NCBI GenBank assembly: GCA_044229975.1
Contig: JBGARZ010000019.1
Coordinates: 32,001 to 96,000, forward strand
DNA from: Polyangiales bacterium
GTDB taxonomy: Bacteria > Myxococcota_A > Polyangia > Polyangiales > Ga0077539
Direction: 5' to 3'
DNA: 64,000 nucleotides
The notes beneath the pieces were generated by a model. The model was not told the origin of the DNA and did no database searches. It was given only the letters and a program-made list of their open reading frames with translations. A program made the position numbers and the translations under genes. Positions 29,829-40,334 of the stretch are shown piece after piece. How positions within the stretch are numbered: position 1 is the first letter of the stretch; every line of letters starts with the position of its first letter.

Positions 29829-31436
29829 ATGGGCACTCAACAAAGCATCCCGAGCTTCGGTCGCCTGGGCTTCAACTACGGCGAGCAGGACGTCGACCCG
29901 CCCGATCATCACCACGTCGGACCGTGGGCGGTGTTCCAGGCGTTCAGTCGGGAGCGCGACTTCGCCGAAGACCGCAACCGTGCGGCGCTCGCCATGCGCT
30001 ACCTGTCCGTCGACCCGGCCTCGCCGCGGGCGTACCTCCTGGCGATGGGTCGCTGCGCCCTCAACGTCACCGAGGCCGCGCGCATCAACGACGAGACCCT
30101 CGACGACGTCGACCTCTTCGTCCGCATCCTGGAGCGCGGCGCCCACCACCGCGCGCTGCTGGTCACCTCGGTGCCGCCCGTCGAGATCGAGCCTGCGACG
30201 GAGGCCGAGTTCGAGCTCAAGCAGTCGGCCGTGCGTTCGCGCCCCGCCGATGCGCCGCGCAACGAGCGCGACTTCGCCCCGCGCGACGTGCTCCTCCATC
30301 CGCTCGTCGTGGGGTCGCTCGGTGAGGCGCACCTCGCGCTGCGCCGCGAGCCCGGCGGCCGCGGCCACTGGGTGCTGGTCAAGCTGCTCGACCGCGATTT
30401 CGTCGAGTCGCCCATCGACGCCGAGCTTCGCCGCGTCGAGGCCAACCTACGCGGCCCCAACGTGTGCCCGGTGCTCGAACTCGGTCGGCGCGACGGCGTG
30501 GGCTGTCACATCTCCGAGTACCAGCACGGCCTCTCGCTCGCGCAGATCGCCCGCCAGGCGGCCCCCCTCGGAGGCATGCCGACGCACATCGCGGCGACCA
30601 TCGTCTCGCAGGCCGCGCGGGGCCTCGCGATCGCGCACGGTCACCTCGACGCGCACGGGCGGCCGCGGCCCATCGTGCACCGCGACATCTCCCCGCAGGC
30701 GCTGCTGGTGATGTTCGAGGGCGCGACGCGGGTGCTCGGCTTCGGGATGCCCCGCCCGATGGAGTCGAAGGGCGGCTTCACGCGCAAGGGAGACTTCAAG
30801 GGACGCCCGGCGTACATGGCCCCGGAGCAGCTCCGCGGCCACTCGCCCGACCCGACGATGGACGTGTGGTCGCTGGGGGTGATCCTCTGGGAGATCATCG
30901 TCGGGCGTCGGCTCTTCACCGGCGCGACGGAGGTCGACACCATCGCCGGCGTGCTCAGCGCGCCGATTCCCCGCCCGTCGTCGCTCCGCAAGGAGGTGGA
31001 CGGCGCCTTCGACGAGATGATCTTCCGGGCGCTCGATCGCGACCCCGCGCAGCGCTACCGCGACGCCGGGGAGTTTGCGCGGGCCCTGGAGGCGACGCGT
31101 GCCGCGGACACCTGGGCCGGCAACGAGGCGGTCGCGCACTACGTCCAGACGCGCTTCGCCGCAGAGCGCGACCTGCGCGAGGCGCTGCTGCAAGACCTCG
31201 GGGCGCAGGCCGCGCGGAACTTCGAGCCCGTGGCCAACGACGACGCGCGCCGCAGCGTTCCAGCCCTCTTCGACGAGGATGCTGTCACTCCGGCCATCGC
31301 GCGTCCGATGTTGGCGCCCATCGTGCCCGACTTCGGTGCGCCGCCGGCCGACCAGCCGAAGTCGGCGGTCATCTCTGGCGTCCAGGCGAAGCGCACCCCG
31401 CGGGAGAGCCCCATCGCCCGACGCCAGGTTCGCTAA
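29829..31436 (+). CDS. Ser/Thr kinase-like protein, predicted pseudokinase
   Basis: Kinase fold (VKLL, HRDISPQA, YMAPEQ, DVWSLG) but catalytic-loop Asn is Ala and DFG is GFG; extra N-terminal region. Confidence 0.8.
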   Translation: MGTQQSIPSFGRLGFNYGEQDVDPPDHHHVGPWAVFQAFSRERDFAEDRNRAALAMRYLSVDPASPRAYLLAMGRCALNVTEAARINDETLDDVDLFVRILERGAHHRALLVTSVPPVEIEPATEAEFELKQSAVRSRPADAPRNERDFAPRDVLLHPLVVGSLGEAHLALRREPGGRGHWVLVKLLDRDFVESPIDAELRRVEANLRGPNVCPVLELGRRDGVGCHISEYQHGLSLAQIARQAAPLGGMPTHIAATIVSQAARGLAIAHGHLDAHGRPRPIVHRDISPQALLVMFEGATRVLGFGMPRPMESKGGFTRKGDFKGRPAYMAPEQLRGHSPDPTMDVWSLGVILWEIIVGRRLFTGATEVDTIAGVLSAPIPRPSSLRKEVDGAFDEMIFRALDRDPAQRYRDAGEFARALEATRAADTWAGNEAVAHYVQTRFAAERDLREALLQDLGAQAARNFEPVANDDARRSVPALFDEDAVTPAIARPMLAPIVPDFGAPPADQPKSAVISGVQAKRTPRESPIARRQVR

Positions 31437-32668
31437 CGGCGGTCGGCGAGGCGTCCGAGGGTCGTGCGGGCGTGCTTGCGGCACGGCCACGCAGGACGAC
31501 CGCGGTCTTCGAGCTCGTCGACGGACAGGGTCGCGCCGTCGATCCAGTGGCCGCCGAGGCCCCGCGCGCTCACCGTCGGAACCGCTCTCACATCACTGAA
31601 CGCGACGGCACCCGAGGCGTCGCGTCCGAGGTCGAGCTCGACGAGGGCGCCAACGCGACACGCGAGCGTGGGCATGATGGTCGCGAGGTTGCCCAGCGAC
31701 CACGCGATGAGCCCGAAGCGGGGAGATCCACCGCGGCGCGCCTGGAGCGGGCACGCGGGGTCGGCGCCGTCGATGGACACCATCTCGATGGGCTGAAGCA
31801 CGTGGGGGGACGAGCCCACGATGAGGTCGAAGCCGAGCTCGATGAGGCGGAGCGCGTCGGCGCGTTGTGGGGCTGCGGGCCAGTACTCGTACTCGAAGCC
31901 CCAATGGGCCGAGAGCAGGTGGAGGTCGCGCGGGGTCGCGGCGAGGTCGGCGTAGCGGCTCCAGTCGGGCGTGTGATCCGGTGAGCCGAAGCGCTCGACG
32001 GGGATGCCCGATGGGTGAGGCGCGGTGGAGCCGTTGATGCCGTAGGTGACGGCCGTGGCGCGCACGCTCAGGTCGTTGACCGTGAGCTCGGTGGTCTCAT
32101 CGCCCGCGGTCGGTCCACCGAGGGCGGCGAAGCCCATCGAGCGCACCACCTCGCGGGTGCGTCGCAGGCCGTCCATGCCCTGGTCGAGCGCGTGGTTGTT
32201 GCACAGCGACACGATGCGCGGGCGATCGCTCCGCCACGCGTCGAGGTACGCGGGGGGCGTGTTGTAGCGGAGCGTTTCGTACGTGTACGTCGGCACGGCG
32301 AGCTCGGGGACCATCGGGGATTCGAGGTTGACGCACGCGAGGTCGGCGGCGGCGATGCGCTCGCGCAGGCGAGGGGAGAGGGCGTCGGCGAAGCCGCGAC
32401 GGATCCACATGAGGTCGCCGCCGAGCACGACGCCGGTGGGGCGCGCGACGGGGCGTCGCCAGGTGCCGCCTTCGAGGTAGGCGCGGGCGCGCTCGGCGTG
32501 GAGGCGGTCGGCCTCGGTCCATGGCGTGGTGCGGTGGAGGAGGCTCTTGGCGAGGTAGGGGAGGTTCTTGTCCCAGCGCCAGAGCGGCCACGCGCCGTCT
32601 TCGTAGCGGGTGCGTTCGACGAGCGCGCCGAGCGCACCGAATGACGGGCGGGGAGAGGGGATGGACAA
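31433..32668 (-). CDS. CapA/PgsA-family metallophosphoesterase
   Basis: GGDLM, VNLESP, NNHALDQG, HWGFEY, GSSPHV, SLGN; start uncertain (TTG). Confidence 0.85.
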   Translation of the reverse strand: MSIPSPRPSFGALGALVERTRYEDGAWPLWRWDKNLPYLAKSLLHRTTPWTEADRLHAERARAYLEGGTWRRPVARPTGVVLGGDLMWIRRGFADALSPRLRERIAAADLACVNLESPMVPELAVPTYTYETLRYNTPPAYLDAWRSDRPRIVSLCNNHALDQGMDGLRRTREVVRSMGFAALGGPTAGDETTELTVNDLSVRATAVTYGINGSTAPHPSGIPVERFGSPDHTPDWSRYADLAATPRDLHLLSAHWGFEYEYWPAAPQRADALRLIELGFDLIVGSSPHVLQPIEMVSIDGADPACPLQARRGGSPRFGLIAWSLGNLATIMPTLACRVGALVELDLGRDASGAVAFSDVRAVPTVSARGLGGHWIDGATLSVDELEDRGRPAWPCRKHARTTLGRLADRR

Positions 32669-32675
32669 GGAGCTC

Positions 32676-35300
32676 CTAGCGACCGTCGAGCACCTCTCGC
32701 ACCCGGCGCAGGAGCGCGTCGGGCGTGATCGGCTTCACCAGGAACGCGATGCCCGAGTCGAGGATGCCGTGGCGGATGATGGCGTCTTCCGTGTAGCCCG
32801 ACATGAAGAGCACCTTCATCGCGGGGCGCAGCGGCGAGAGGCGGTCGGCGAGCTCGCGGCCGCTCATGCGGGGCATCACCACGTCGGTGAGCAGCAGGTC
32901 GATCTTGGCGCCGAACTGCTCGCAGATGAGGAAGGCCTCGCCGCCGTTGCGCGCGTCGAGCACGTTGTATCCGCCGCGCCGCAGGATGGTGCGAACGACG
33001 CTCTGCACCTGCTCGTCGTCCTCGACCACGAGCACCGTCTCGGTGCCGCGCAGCGTGGCGGGCTGCGGGGCCTCGGGCTCCTCCGCGTCGGGCTCGGCTT
33101 CGACGCGCGGGAGGTAGACCTTGAAGGTCGTGCCCATGCCGGGCTCGCTGTAGACCCAGACGTGGCCGCCGCTCTGCGTGACGATGCCGTACACCGTCGA
33201 GAGCCCGAGGCCGGTGCCCTTGCCCTTCTCCTTCGTCGTGAAAAACGGCTCGAAGATGTGTGACCTCACCGCGGCGTCCATCCCCACGCCGGTGTCCGTC
33301 ACGGCGAGCCGCACGTAGCGCCCCGGCGTCACCCCGTGGTGCGCGGCGGCGTAGTCCTCGTCGAGGGTCACGCACGCCGTCTCGATGGTGAGGCTGCCGC
33401 CCGTCGGCATCGCGTCGCGCGCGTTGACCACGAGGTTCATCACGACCTGCTCGACCTGACCCGGGTCGGCGAAGACCCGACCCTTCGGCGGCGTCGACAG
33501 GATGGAGAGGTCCACGCCGTCGCCCAGCAGTCGTTGGAGCATCTTCTCCAGGCCCGTCACCACCTGGTGGAGGTCGACCACGCGCGGGCGGAGCATCTGC
33601 TTGCGACCAAACGCCAGGAGCTGGTGCGTGAGCTCGGCCGCCCGCTCGCCCGCCTTGCGGATCTCGGCGATGTGCGGCCGCATCGGGTCGCCCTCCTTCA
33701 GCGTCGCGCCGAGGAAGTGCGTGTACGTGAGCACCACCGAGAGGAGGTTGTTGAAGTCGTGGGCGACGCCGCCCGCGAGCTGCCCCACGGCCTCCATCTT
33801 CTGCGCCTGGCGGAGCTGCTCCTCCAGCTTGCGGCGGTCGCTGATGTCCTGAAACGCGCCCTGCACCCGCGAGATGTCCCCCGCGGCGTCGCGCTCGGCG
33901 TGGCCGATGACGCGCACCCAGACCTCGCGCCCGGCGGGGGTCACGAGCTGCGCCTCGAAGTCGAAGGGCCGCCCCTGCGCCGCGCAGGCCGTCGCCCGCC
34001 GCCGCGCCATCTCCCGGAACTCCGGCGCAAACGCGTCGATCGCCTGCCGCGTCGTCGGCGTCGTCCCGGCGGGCACACCGTGGATGGCGCACACCTCGTC
34101 CGACCAGTCGACGCGCCCGCCCGGAACCTCGATGCTGAAGCCCCCGAGGTGCGCCGCGCGGACGGCGATGCGGAGCAGGGCCTCACTGCGTTCGAGCTGG
34201 CCGGTGCGCTCGCCGAGGGCGTCGAAGAGCCGTCGTCGCTCGCGCTCGTTGTCGTTGGCCTCGATGGTGAGCGAGATGTGGTCGGCGATGGCGCCGAGCA
34301 CCTTCACCTCCTCGGGGCCGAAGAAGTCCGTCGTGTCTCCGTAGATCGCGAAGATCCCCCGCGCGCCGTTGCCGAGCCGCAGCGGAAACACCGCGCAGGC
34401 GCGAAACCCGCGGCGCGCCGCGTCCTTCTTGAAGAAGAAGGTCGGGTCGTTGGCGATGTCGTTGGAGACGGCCGCGCAGCCCGTTCGCATGGCGCGCGCC
34501 GCGGGGCCCTGGTTGAGCCGCTCGTCGCGCATGCTGAGGCGGATCACGTCGAGGTAGCCCACGTCGCGGCCGAAGCTGGCGACCGGCTTCAGGTGGTCGA
34601 TGGCCTCCTCGTAGCGGCCCACCCAGGCGAGCTGCGCGAGGCCCTTCTCGACGGCGATGGCGCAGGCCATGTCGAGGATGGCCTGCGGGTCGCGCACCCG
34701 GACGATGGCCTCGTTGACGCTGCTCGACACGGCGTAGAGCCGCGCGAGGTGGTGTGCCCGCGCCTCGCTCTGGCGCAGCGAGCGCTCGGCCCGGTCGCGC
34801 ACGATGGCCACCGCGGCGAGGTGCGTCGCGGCGGTGACCCACGCGACCTCGCGCTCTTCAGGGCCGCGGGGCACGTCGTAGTACATCGCGAAGGTCCCGA
34901 GCAGCTCGCGCGTGGGCGAGAAGATGGGCGACGACCAGCAGGCGCGCAGGCCGCCCGACAGGGCGAGGTCGCGCACGATCGCCCAGTTGGGGTGCGTCGC
35001 GATGTCGTCGACGATGACGCGCTCGCGGCGGTACGCGGCCGCGCCGCAGGAGCCCACGTCGGGGCCCACCTTGATGCCGTCCACGACGGCCTGAAACGCC
35101 ACGGGGAGGTGTGGGGCGGCGCCGTGGGTGAGGGTCCCGCGCTCCTCGTCGAAGAGGAGCACCGAGCAGAGCATCCCTTCGGCCTGGCGCTCGATGAGCA
35201 GGACGATGGCTTCGAGGATCTTCGGCAGGGCGACGCCCCGCGTGACCTGTTCGAGCACGTCACACTGCGCCGCGTAGAACGACTCGTTCTCCCCAGGCAT
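32676..35300 (-). CDS. Hybrid sensor histidine kinase (GAF-GAF-PAS-HisKA-HATPase-REC)
   Basis: [33 protein letters not shown]-box; [34 protein letters not shown]. Confidence 0.93.
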   Translation of the reverse strand: MPGENESFYAAQCDVLEQVTRGVALPKILEAIVLLIERQAEGMLCSVLLFDEERGTLTHGAAPHLPVAFQAVVDGIKVGPDVGSCGAAAYRRERVIVDDIATHPNWAIVRDLALSGGLRACWSSPIFSPTRELLGTFAMYYDVPRGPEEREVAWVTAATHLAAVAIVRDRAERSLRQSEARAHHLARLYAVSSSVNEAIVRVRDPQAILDMACAIAVEKGLAQLAWVGRYEEAIDHLKPVASFGRDVGYLDVIRLSMRDERLNQGPAARAMRTGCAAVSNDIANDPTFFFKKDAARRGFRACAVFPLRLGNGARGIFAIYGDTTDFFGPEEVKVLGAIADHISLTIEANDNERERRRLFDALGERTGQLERSEALLRIAVRAAHLGGFSIEVPGGRVDWSDEVCAIHGVPAGTTPTTRQAIDAFAPEFREMARRRATACAAQGRPFDFEAQLVTPAGREVWVRVIGHAERDAAGDISRVQGAFQDISDRRKLEEQLRQAQKMEAVGQLAGGVAHDFNNLLSVVLTYTHFLGATLKEGDPMRPHIAEIRKAGERAAELTHQLLAFGRKQMLRPRVVDLHQVVTGLEKMLQRLLGDGVDLSILSTPPKGRVFADPGQVEQVVMNLVVNARDAMPTGGSLTIETACVTLDEDYAAAHHGVTPGRYVRLAVTDTGVGMDAAVRSHIFEPFFTTKEKGKGTGLGLSTVYGIVTQSGGHVWVYSEPGMGTTFKVYLPRVEAEPDAEEPEAPQPATLRGTETVLVVEDDEQVQSVVRTILRRGGYNVLDARNGGEAFLICEQFGAKIDLLLTDVVMPRMSGRELADRLSPLRPAMKVLFMSGYTEDAIIRHGILDSGIAFLVKPITPDALLRRVREVLDGR

Positions 35301-35341
35301 CGTCCGAGACTACCCGAAGTCGCGGCTGTCGATGGCGATGT

Positions 35342-36298
35342 CTACGGGGCCTTCTTGAGGAAGGCGTGGCCGTCGGCGACGTAGGTGGGGCCCGCCACGA
35401 AGGCCCGCCAGAACACCTTGAAGTAGCCGTCGAAGACGGGCGCGTCGCGGCGGTCGAGGGCCTCGCGCAACCGCTCGTGGAGGCGCGGGAGCTGATGACC
35501 GGGGACGCGCGGGAAGAGGTGGTGATCGAGGTGGTGGTTGAGGCCGCTCCACAAGAAGGCCCACGACCGCGTGGTGCGAACCGTGGTGGCCGTGTGGAAG
35601 CGGTCGCCCGCCCATTGGTTGGCGTAGTGGTCGGCGATGGATTTGAGGCCGTTCCAGGGGGTGGCGAAGAGGAAGGGGACGAACCAGAGCGCGACGACGG
35701 CGCGCAGCCAGCCATAGGGGATGAGCACGTAGCGCACGGCCACGACCCACACGAGCGCGTTGGCCGCGAGCTCGACGAGGTGACCACGCAGTGCGCGGCC
35801 GCGCATGAAGACCGCGGGGTAGAGCACCCCGAAGTGAAGCGGCGCGAGCGCGAGCCCGAGCGTGACCACCACGTAGAACTGCACCCGCACGAGGAGACCA
35901 TCGGCGCCGGCGTTGTAGGCGTCGGGGTCGCGGGCGGTGCGGTTGTAGCGGTGGTGCCGGAGGTGCGCGTCGCGCGCCGACCGAAACGGCACGAACGACA
36001 GCAGACTGAACAGGTGCCCGAAGACCGCGTTGAGCCAGCGCGTGCGGAAGAGGTTGCCGTGCCAGGACTCGTGACCGAGCTGCACCAGCCCGTTGGCGAA
36101 GAAGCCCGCCGCGACGAGCAGCGGCAGCGAGACCCACCACCGCGGGGCGCGCCACGCGAGCCAGCCGAGGCCGACGGTGATGCCCATGAGCAGCGCCGTC
36201 ATCGCGACCGAGCGAACGCCGTCGGGCACGAGCATCGCGCGGAGCTCCTCGCGGGAGACGCCGAGCTCCTCGGGGCGCGTGGGGTCGTGCGGCGTCAC
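35342..36298 (-). CDS. Membrane fatty-acid desaturase family protein
   Basis: Three His boxes HESWH, HLRHH, HLDHH plus TM helices. Confidence 0.88.
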   Translation of the reverse strand: MTPHDPTRPEELGVSREELRAMLVPDGVRSVAMTALLMGITVGLGWLAWRAPRWWVSLPLLVAAGFFANGLVQLGHESWHGNLFRTRWLNAVFGHLFSLLSFVPFRSARDAHLRHHRYNRTARDPDAYNAGADGLLVRVQFYVVVTLGLALAPLHFGVLYPAVFMRGRALRGHLVELAANALVWVVAVRYVLIPYGWLRAVVALWFVPFLFATPWNGLKSIADHYANQWAGDRFHTATTVRTTRSWAFLWSGLNHHLDHHLFPRVPGHQLPRLHERLREALDRRDAPVFDGYFKVFWRAFVAGPTYVADGHAFLKKAP

Positions 36299-36909
36299 GC
36301 GCGGGCTCCGAAGAGGTAGCGCGGCGTGCGCTCACGGTAGGCGGTCCAGGCGTCGCCGAAGCGCGCGGCGAGGAAGCGCTCCTCGGCGATCACGAGGCGG
36401 TGCATGGCGAGGGCGAGCGCGACGACGAGGACGATCTGCGGGGCGCTCGGGTGCCAGAGGGTCATCCCGGCGAGGAAGGTCCACGAGCCGAGGTAGATGG
36501 GGTTGCGGGAGAGCGCGTGCGGGCCGCGGGTCTGGAGTGCGTCGGCGGTGTCGGCGTCGTGTTGTCCGACGCGGAAGGCGGCGCCCATGGCGTACTGACT
36601 CGCGGCCATCGTGACGAGACCGAGCACCGCGACGGACCACGACACCGCGGGCGGGATCGCGACCAGGGCCGGAGCGACGCGCACGAAGGACGGCGACAGC
36701 GCCGACGCGACGAGCGCGGCGGCCCAGAGCAGCGAGAGCGCGGCCACGAGGCGGGTGGCGCGACCGTGCTCGGTGGCGCCCGCGCGGTAGAGCACCAGCG
36801 GGTTGCGCCCGAAGCGGAGGCGATGGACGGCGGCCGAGCCGAGGTGGCCCACCAGCAGGTGCAGCGACGCGAAGGCGAGGTGAGGGAGCGGCGCCGACTG
36901 GAGGCTCAC
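36295..36909 (-). CDS. Isoprenylcysteine carboxyl/phospholipid methyltransferase (ICMT/PEMT) family
   Basis: MGAAFRVG, LQTRGPHALSRNPIYLG, EERFLAARFG..Y..RTPRY; GTGA overlaps at both ends. Confidence 0.85.
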   Translation of the reverse strand: MSLQSAPLPHLAFASLHLLVGHLGSAAVHRLRFGRNPLVLYRAGATEHGRATRLVAALSLLWAAALVASALSPSFVRVAPALVAIPPAVSWSVAVLGLVTMAASQYAMGAAFRVGQHDADTADALQTRGPHALSRNPIYLGSWTFLAGMTLWHPSAPQIVLVVALALAMHRLVIAEERFLAARFGDAWTAYRERTPRYLFGARA

Positions 36910-38180
36910 GCGATGACCTCGGCGCCCGGGCCGTGGTGGCGGGTGATCCAGGCGCGCGCGGCGTCGACGAAGGCATCGAGCTCGGCGGCGCTCCAGAGGC
37001 CCGCGAAGGACGCGCAATTGATGACGAGCGCGTCGCGGAAGGAGAAGCCCGTGGCGCCCCAGGTTGGCGTGTGGGCCTGGAGCGTGTGGATGGGAAAGGG
37101 GGCGGCGGTGAGGTAGCGATCGACGGTTCCGAGGTAGGTGACGACCATGGTGTTGGCGCGGCGCTCGGCGACGAGGTCGGGGCGCAGGTGGTCGCGCAGC
37201 ATCGGCCGCGTCGCGACGCGCGAGACGACGAGGCACTCGACGAGCGTGGCCCAGTGGACGCCCGCGCGGAGCATCGCCTCGACGGCGTCGGGCACGAGCG
37301 AGCGCAGGCGCGCGGGGTCGTCGAGCGCGGCGGTGAGCGCGTCGTCGTCGACCTCGACGGCGAGGGCGGAGCAGGCGTTTTCGAGGGTGACGCCGATGCC
37401 GAGCTCGCGGCGCAGGTCGACGGGCAGACGCAGTCGAACGGGGCGCGCGATGCGGGCCGGGTCGCGGGTCGCGGCGATGCCCGCGAGCATGGCGGCGAAG
37501 TAGAGCGACGAGCGCTCACGGGGCGTAGTGCTCGGCGAGAGCGGGACGCGCAGCGAGCGCAGCATGGGAGCGCCGATGGTGGCGCCCGAGTGACGGAGCG
37601 ACTGCCCGCGCGAGGCGAGCACGCGGTGCTCGGACCGGGCGAGGGCGGCGACACCCGCGGGGCGCAGCGCCGCAGCGAACAGGGCGCGGCGGTCGCTCAT
37701 GGCGGGCTCGCCGAGGCGCGAGCCCTCGGTGGGGTGACCCGCGCACCACTCCCAGAAGCGACGCGTGAGGAAGAGCGACGCGCGCCCGTCGCCGAGCGAG
37801 TGGTGAAGCTGGATGGCGAGCAGCGTTCGGGGGGGTGCGCCGTCGGTGAGGGGCACCGTGGTGATGCGCACCGGGATGTCTCGCGCGAGGTCGATGGACT
37901 CGGCGATGAGCGCGGCGGTGGCCGCAGCGAGGGTCGCGGGGGGATGCTCGCGGACGGCGTCACGGAGGTCGCGCTCGGTGGCGGGCTGCGGGCGCCAGCG
38001 TCGCGCGGGCGAGTCCCAGCGGGAGTTGAGGCGCGGTGTCTCCGCGACGAGCGCGGCGAACGCGCGGCGCAACGTGTCGGGCGATGGCGGGGCGTCGGTG
38101 GTGAAGAGGCCGGTGATCCAGATGGTCGCGACGGCGCCGTCGGCGTCGGCCAGCAGGCGGTCTACGTAGTTTGCGCGCAC
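36906..38180 (-). CDS. Stand-alone condensation-like CoA-dependent acyltransferase (HHxxxDG)
   Basis: QLHHSLGDG active-site motif, PVDLRRELG..LEN motif; about 425 aa; start approximate. Confidence 0.75.
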   Translation of the reverse strand: MRANYVDRLLADADGAVATIWITGLFTTDAPPSPDTLRRAFAALVAETPRLNSRWDSPARRWRPQPATERDLRDAVREHPPATLAAATAALIAESIDLARDIPVRITTVPLTDGAPPRTLLAIQLHHSLGDGRASLFLTRRFWEWCAGHPTEGSRLGEPAMSDRRALFAAALRPAGVAALARSEHRVLASRGQSLRHSGATIGAPMLRSLRVPLSPSTTPRERSSLYFAAMLAGIAATRDPARIARPVRLRLPVDLRRELGIGVTLENACSALAVEVDDDALTAALDDPARLRSLVPDAVEAMLRAGVHWATLVECLVVSRVATRPMLRDHLRPDLVAERRANTMVVTYLGTVDRYLTAAPFPIHTLQAHTPTWGATGFSFRDALVINCASFAGLWSAAELDAFVDAARAWITRHHGPGAEVIA

Positions 38181-39121
38181 CGGGTCATCCACCCTTCGAC
38201 GAGGGGCGCGGCGGTGCCGGTGAGGGCGGACGCGCGGAGGTTGGCGAGGGCGTCGCGTCGCGCCTCGCGGGGGAGCCGTTGGAGGACGATCTCGTCGGGT
38301 CGCGTGGCGTGCAGGCGCACCCCGACGGGGACGAATCCCTCGGACTCGAAGCGGGGGAGGGAGAGCACGCGAGCGTCGGTCGGGAGGTGCACGAGATCGG
38401 TGCGGGCGGCGCTGTGATCGGTCACCGACGGGTCGCGCACGACGACGCGGCGGGTGAGGTCGATGGCGGTGTTGTGCTCGAAGGTCTCGGTTCCGACGGA
38501 GGGCGCGGTGCCCGTCGCGATGTCGGTGGCGAGGCCGAAGCTCGCGAACACCGAGCGCAGCCAGTCGCTCCACGGGCCCGGCGGGAGGAGGCGCGGTCGC
38601 TCCGTGGTGGGCGCGAGGCGCGAGGTCATGGTGACGGCGTCCATCGGGCGGTCGATGGCGGGCCATCCGATGAGGTGCTCGCCCACCGCGTAGCCGACGA
38701 TGACCCCGGCGGCGCGGGCGCGCATGTAGCGCTCGGCGTAGCGCTGCGCGAGGGGATGGCGGGTGGTGGTGTTCTGGTGGATGAGCGGGTGCGTTGCGGC
38801 GACGTCGTCGAGGATGCGCCGCCACGCGACCGCGTCGGGCGTCACGCCGCGCGCGCGGGGTCGCTTGAAGGACATCCCCGACTCCACGTAGTCGCCGCGC
38901 GGGTCTTTGTAGAGGATGCCGGTGTGCCCCGCGAGGCGACCGTCCTCGTCGAAGTCACCCCACAGCTTCGCGCGCTTCTCCCGCAGGAGACGCGCGACGC
39001 CGCCGGGCTCGTAGAGCGATCGGTACGAGTAGGTCGCGCCGTACACGTCGCGCAGGAGGCCCTGAAACGCCGGCTCGTCCTCCTCGCCGAGTGGGTGCAT
39101 GCCGACGCGGTGCTCGCGCAT
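38162..39121 (-). CDS. GNAT-like fold protein
   Basis: DVYGATY..LYEP, GRLAGHTG, ESGMSF.RP.ARG resemble GNAT beta-strands and acyl-CoA loop; family call tentative. Confidence 0.5.
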   Translation of the reverse strand: MREHRVGMHPLGEEDEPAFQGLLRDVYGATYSYRSLYEPGGVARLLREKRAKLWGDFDEDGRLAGHTGILYKDPRGDYVESGMSFKRPRARGVTPDAVAWRRILDDVAATHPLIHQNTTTRHPLAQRYAERYMRARAAGVIVGYAVGEHLIGWPAIDRPMDAVTMTSRLAPTTERPRLLPPGPWSDWLRSVFASFGLATDIATGTAPSVGTETFEHNTAIDLTRRVVVRDPSVTDHSAARTDLVHLPTDARVLSLPRFESEGFVPVGVRLHATRPDEIVLQRLPREARRDALANLRASALTGTAAPLVEGWMTRCAQTT

Positions 39122-39131
39122 GGCGGTGATG

Positions 39132-40316
39132 CTACCCCGCGCCGCGAGCGTCGCCCGTCGCGACCTCCGCCCGCCGGGTGAACACCGCGTGCATCCCCGC
39201 CGCGAGCGCGCTCACCGTCGCCGCCGCGCCCCACATGACGGGTCCGCCGAAGCGCTCGCGGAGGCCGGGGCCCAGCAGCGGCGCGAGCATCGAGGCGCTG
39301 GCCCAGCAGAGGGAGAAGGCGCCCTGGTAGGTTCCGCGTCGGTCGGGCGGGGCGACGTGCGTGACGAAGGTGGGCGACGCGCCCGAGAAGGCCACCTCGC
39401 CGAGCGACACGATGGCCATCGACGCCACGAAGCCCGGAACGTCGCGCGCAAACGCCGCCACGACGGCCGCCGACGTGACGAGGAGCGCGGCGAGGGTGAG
39501 CAGTCGCCACGACGGTTGTCCTCGCGTCACGCGGAGGAAGGGCGGCTGCAACGTGACGATCACCACGCCGTTGAAGGCGGCGATGAAGCCCACGTCGACG
39601 ACGCTCAGACCGCGCGCCCGCTCCTGCAACGGCAGCGTCACGAACGACTGGATGAACACCAGCAGCACCATGAACTGCGCCGCCGCGAAGCCCAGGAAGC
39701 GCGGATCAGACAGCGCGCGCGGCAGGCCCGTGATGCCCGCCTTCTCGCGGCCCTCGGTCTCGGGCGGGCGCGTCTCGGGGACGAACGCGTAGATGATGCC
39801 CGCGAGCGCCACGGTGGTGAGCGCGTCGCCGACGAAGAGCCAGCGGTAGCCGTGGCGGCTGAGGGTTCCGCCGAGGAGGGCGGCGAAGGTGAACCCGAGG
39901 TTGACGGCCCAGTAGAAGTACCCGAACGCGCGCTGGCGATCGGCGGGCGGGACGACGTCGCCGACGGCCGCCGAGAGCGCGGGGCCGTAGCCGTTGCACA
40001 CGCCGTGGGCGAAGGCCGCCGCGGCGATGCAGGGCCCGGCGGGGGCGATGCCGAAGAGGAGCAGCACCGCCGCGCTGCACGAGGTCAGGACGAGCAGCGT
40101 GCGGCGTCGGCCGAAGCGGTCGCTCGCCCAGCCGCCGAGGGAGGCGCCGAAGAGCCCGCCGAGGCCGAAGAGCGAGAGCACCGTGCCCGCGCGGGCGGCG
40201 GTGTAGTGGTGGTGTTCGGTGAGGAAGAGCGGGAGGAAGGTGAGGACGAAGCCGCCGAGGCGGTTGATGAACTGCCCGACCCAGAGCACCCAGTAGACGC
40301 GCGGCAGGCCGAGCAT
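39132..40316 (-). CDS. MFS transporter
   Basis: About 12 TM; GWASDRFGRR motif A; NLGF; RGTYQG. Confidence 0.92.
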   Translation of the reverse strand: MLGLPRVYWVLWVGQFINRLGGFVLTFLPLFLTEHHHYTAARAGTVLSLFGLGGLFGASLGGWASDRFGRRRTLLVLTSCSAAVLLLFGIAPAGPCIAAAAFAHGVCNGYGPALSAAVGDVVPPADRQRAFGYFYWAVNLGFTFAALLGGTLSRHGYRWLFVGDALTTVALAGIIYAFVPETRPPETEGREKAGITGLPRALSDPRFLGFAAAQFMVLLVFIQSFVTLPLQERARGLSVVDVGFIAAFNGVVIVTLQPPFLRVTRGQPSWRLLTLAALLVTSAAVVAAFARDVPGFVASMAIVSLGEVAFSGASPTFVTHVAPPDRRGTYQGAFSLCWASASMLAPLLGPGLRERFGGPVMWGAAATVSALAAGMHAVFTRRAEVATGDARGAG

Positions 40317-40334
40317 CGACGGGGCCGTCGGGCT

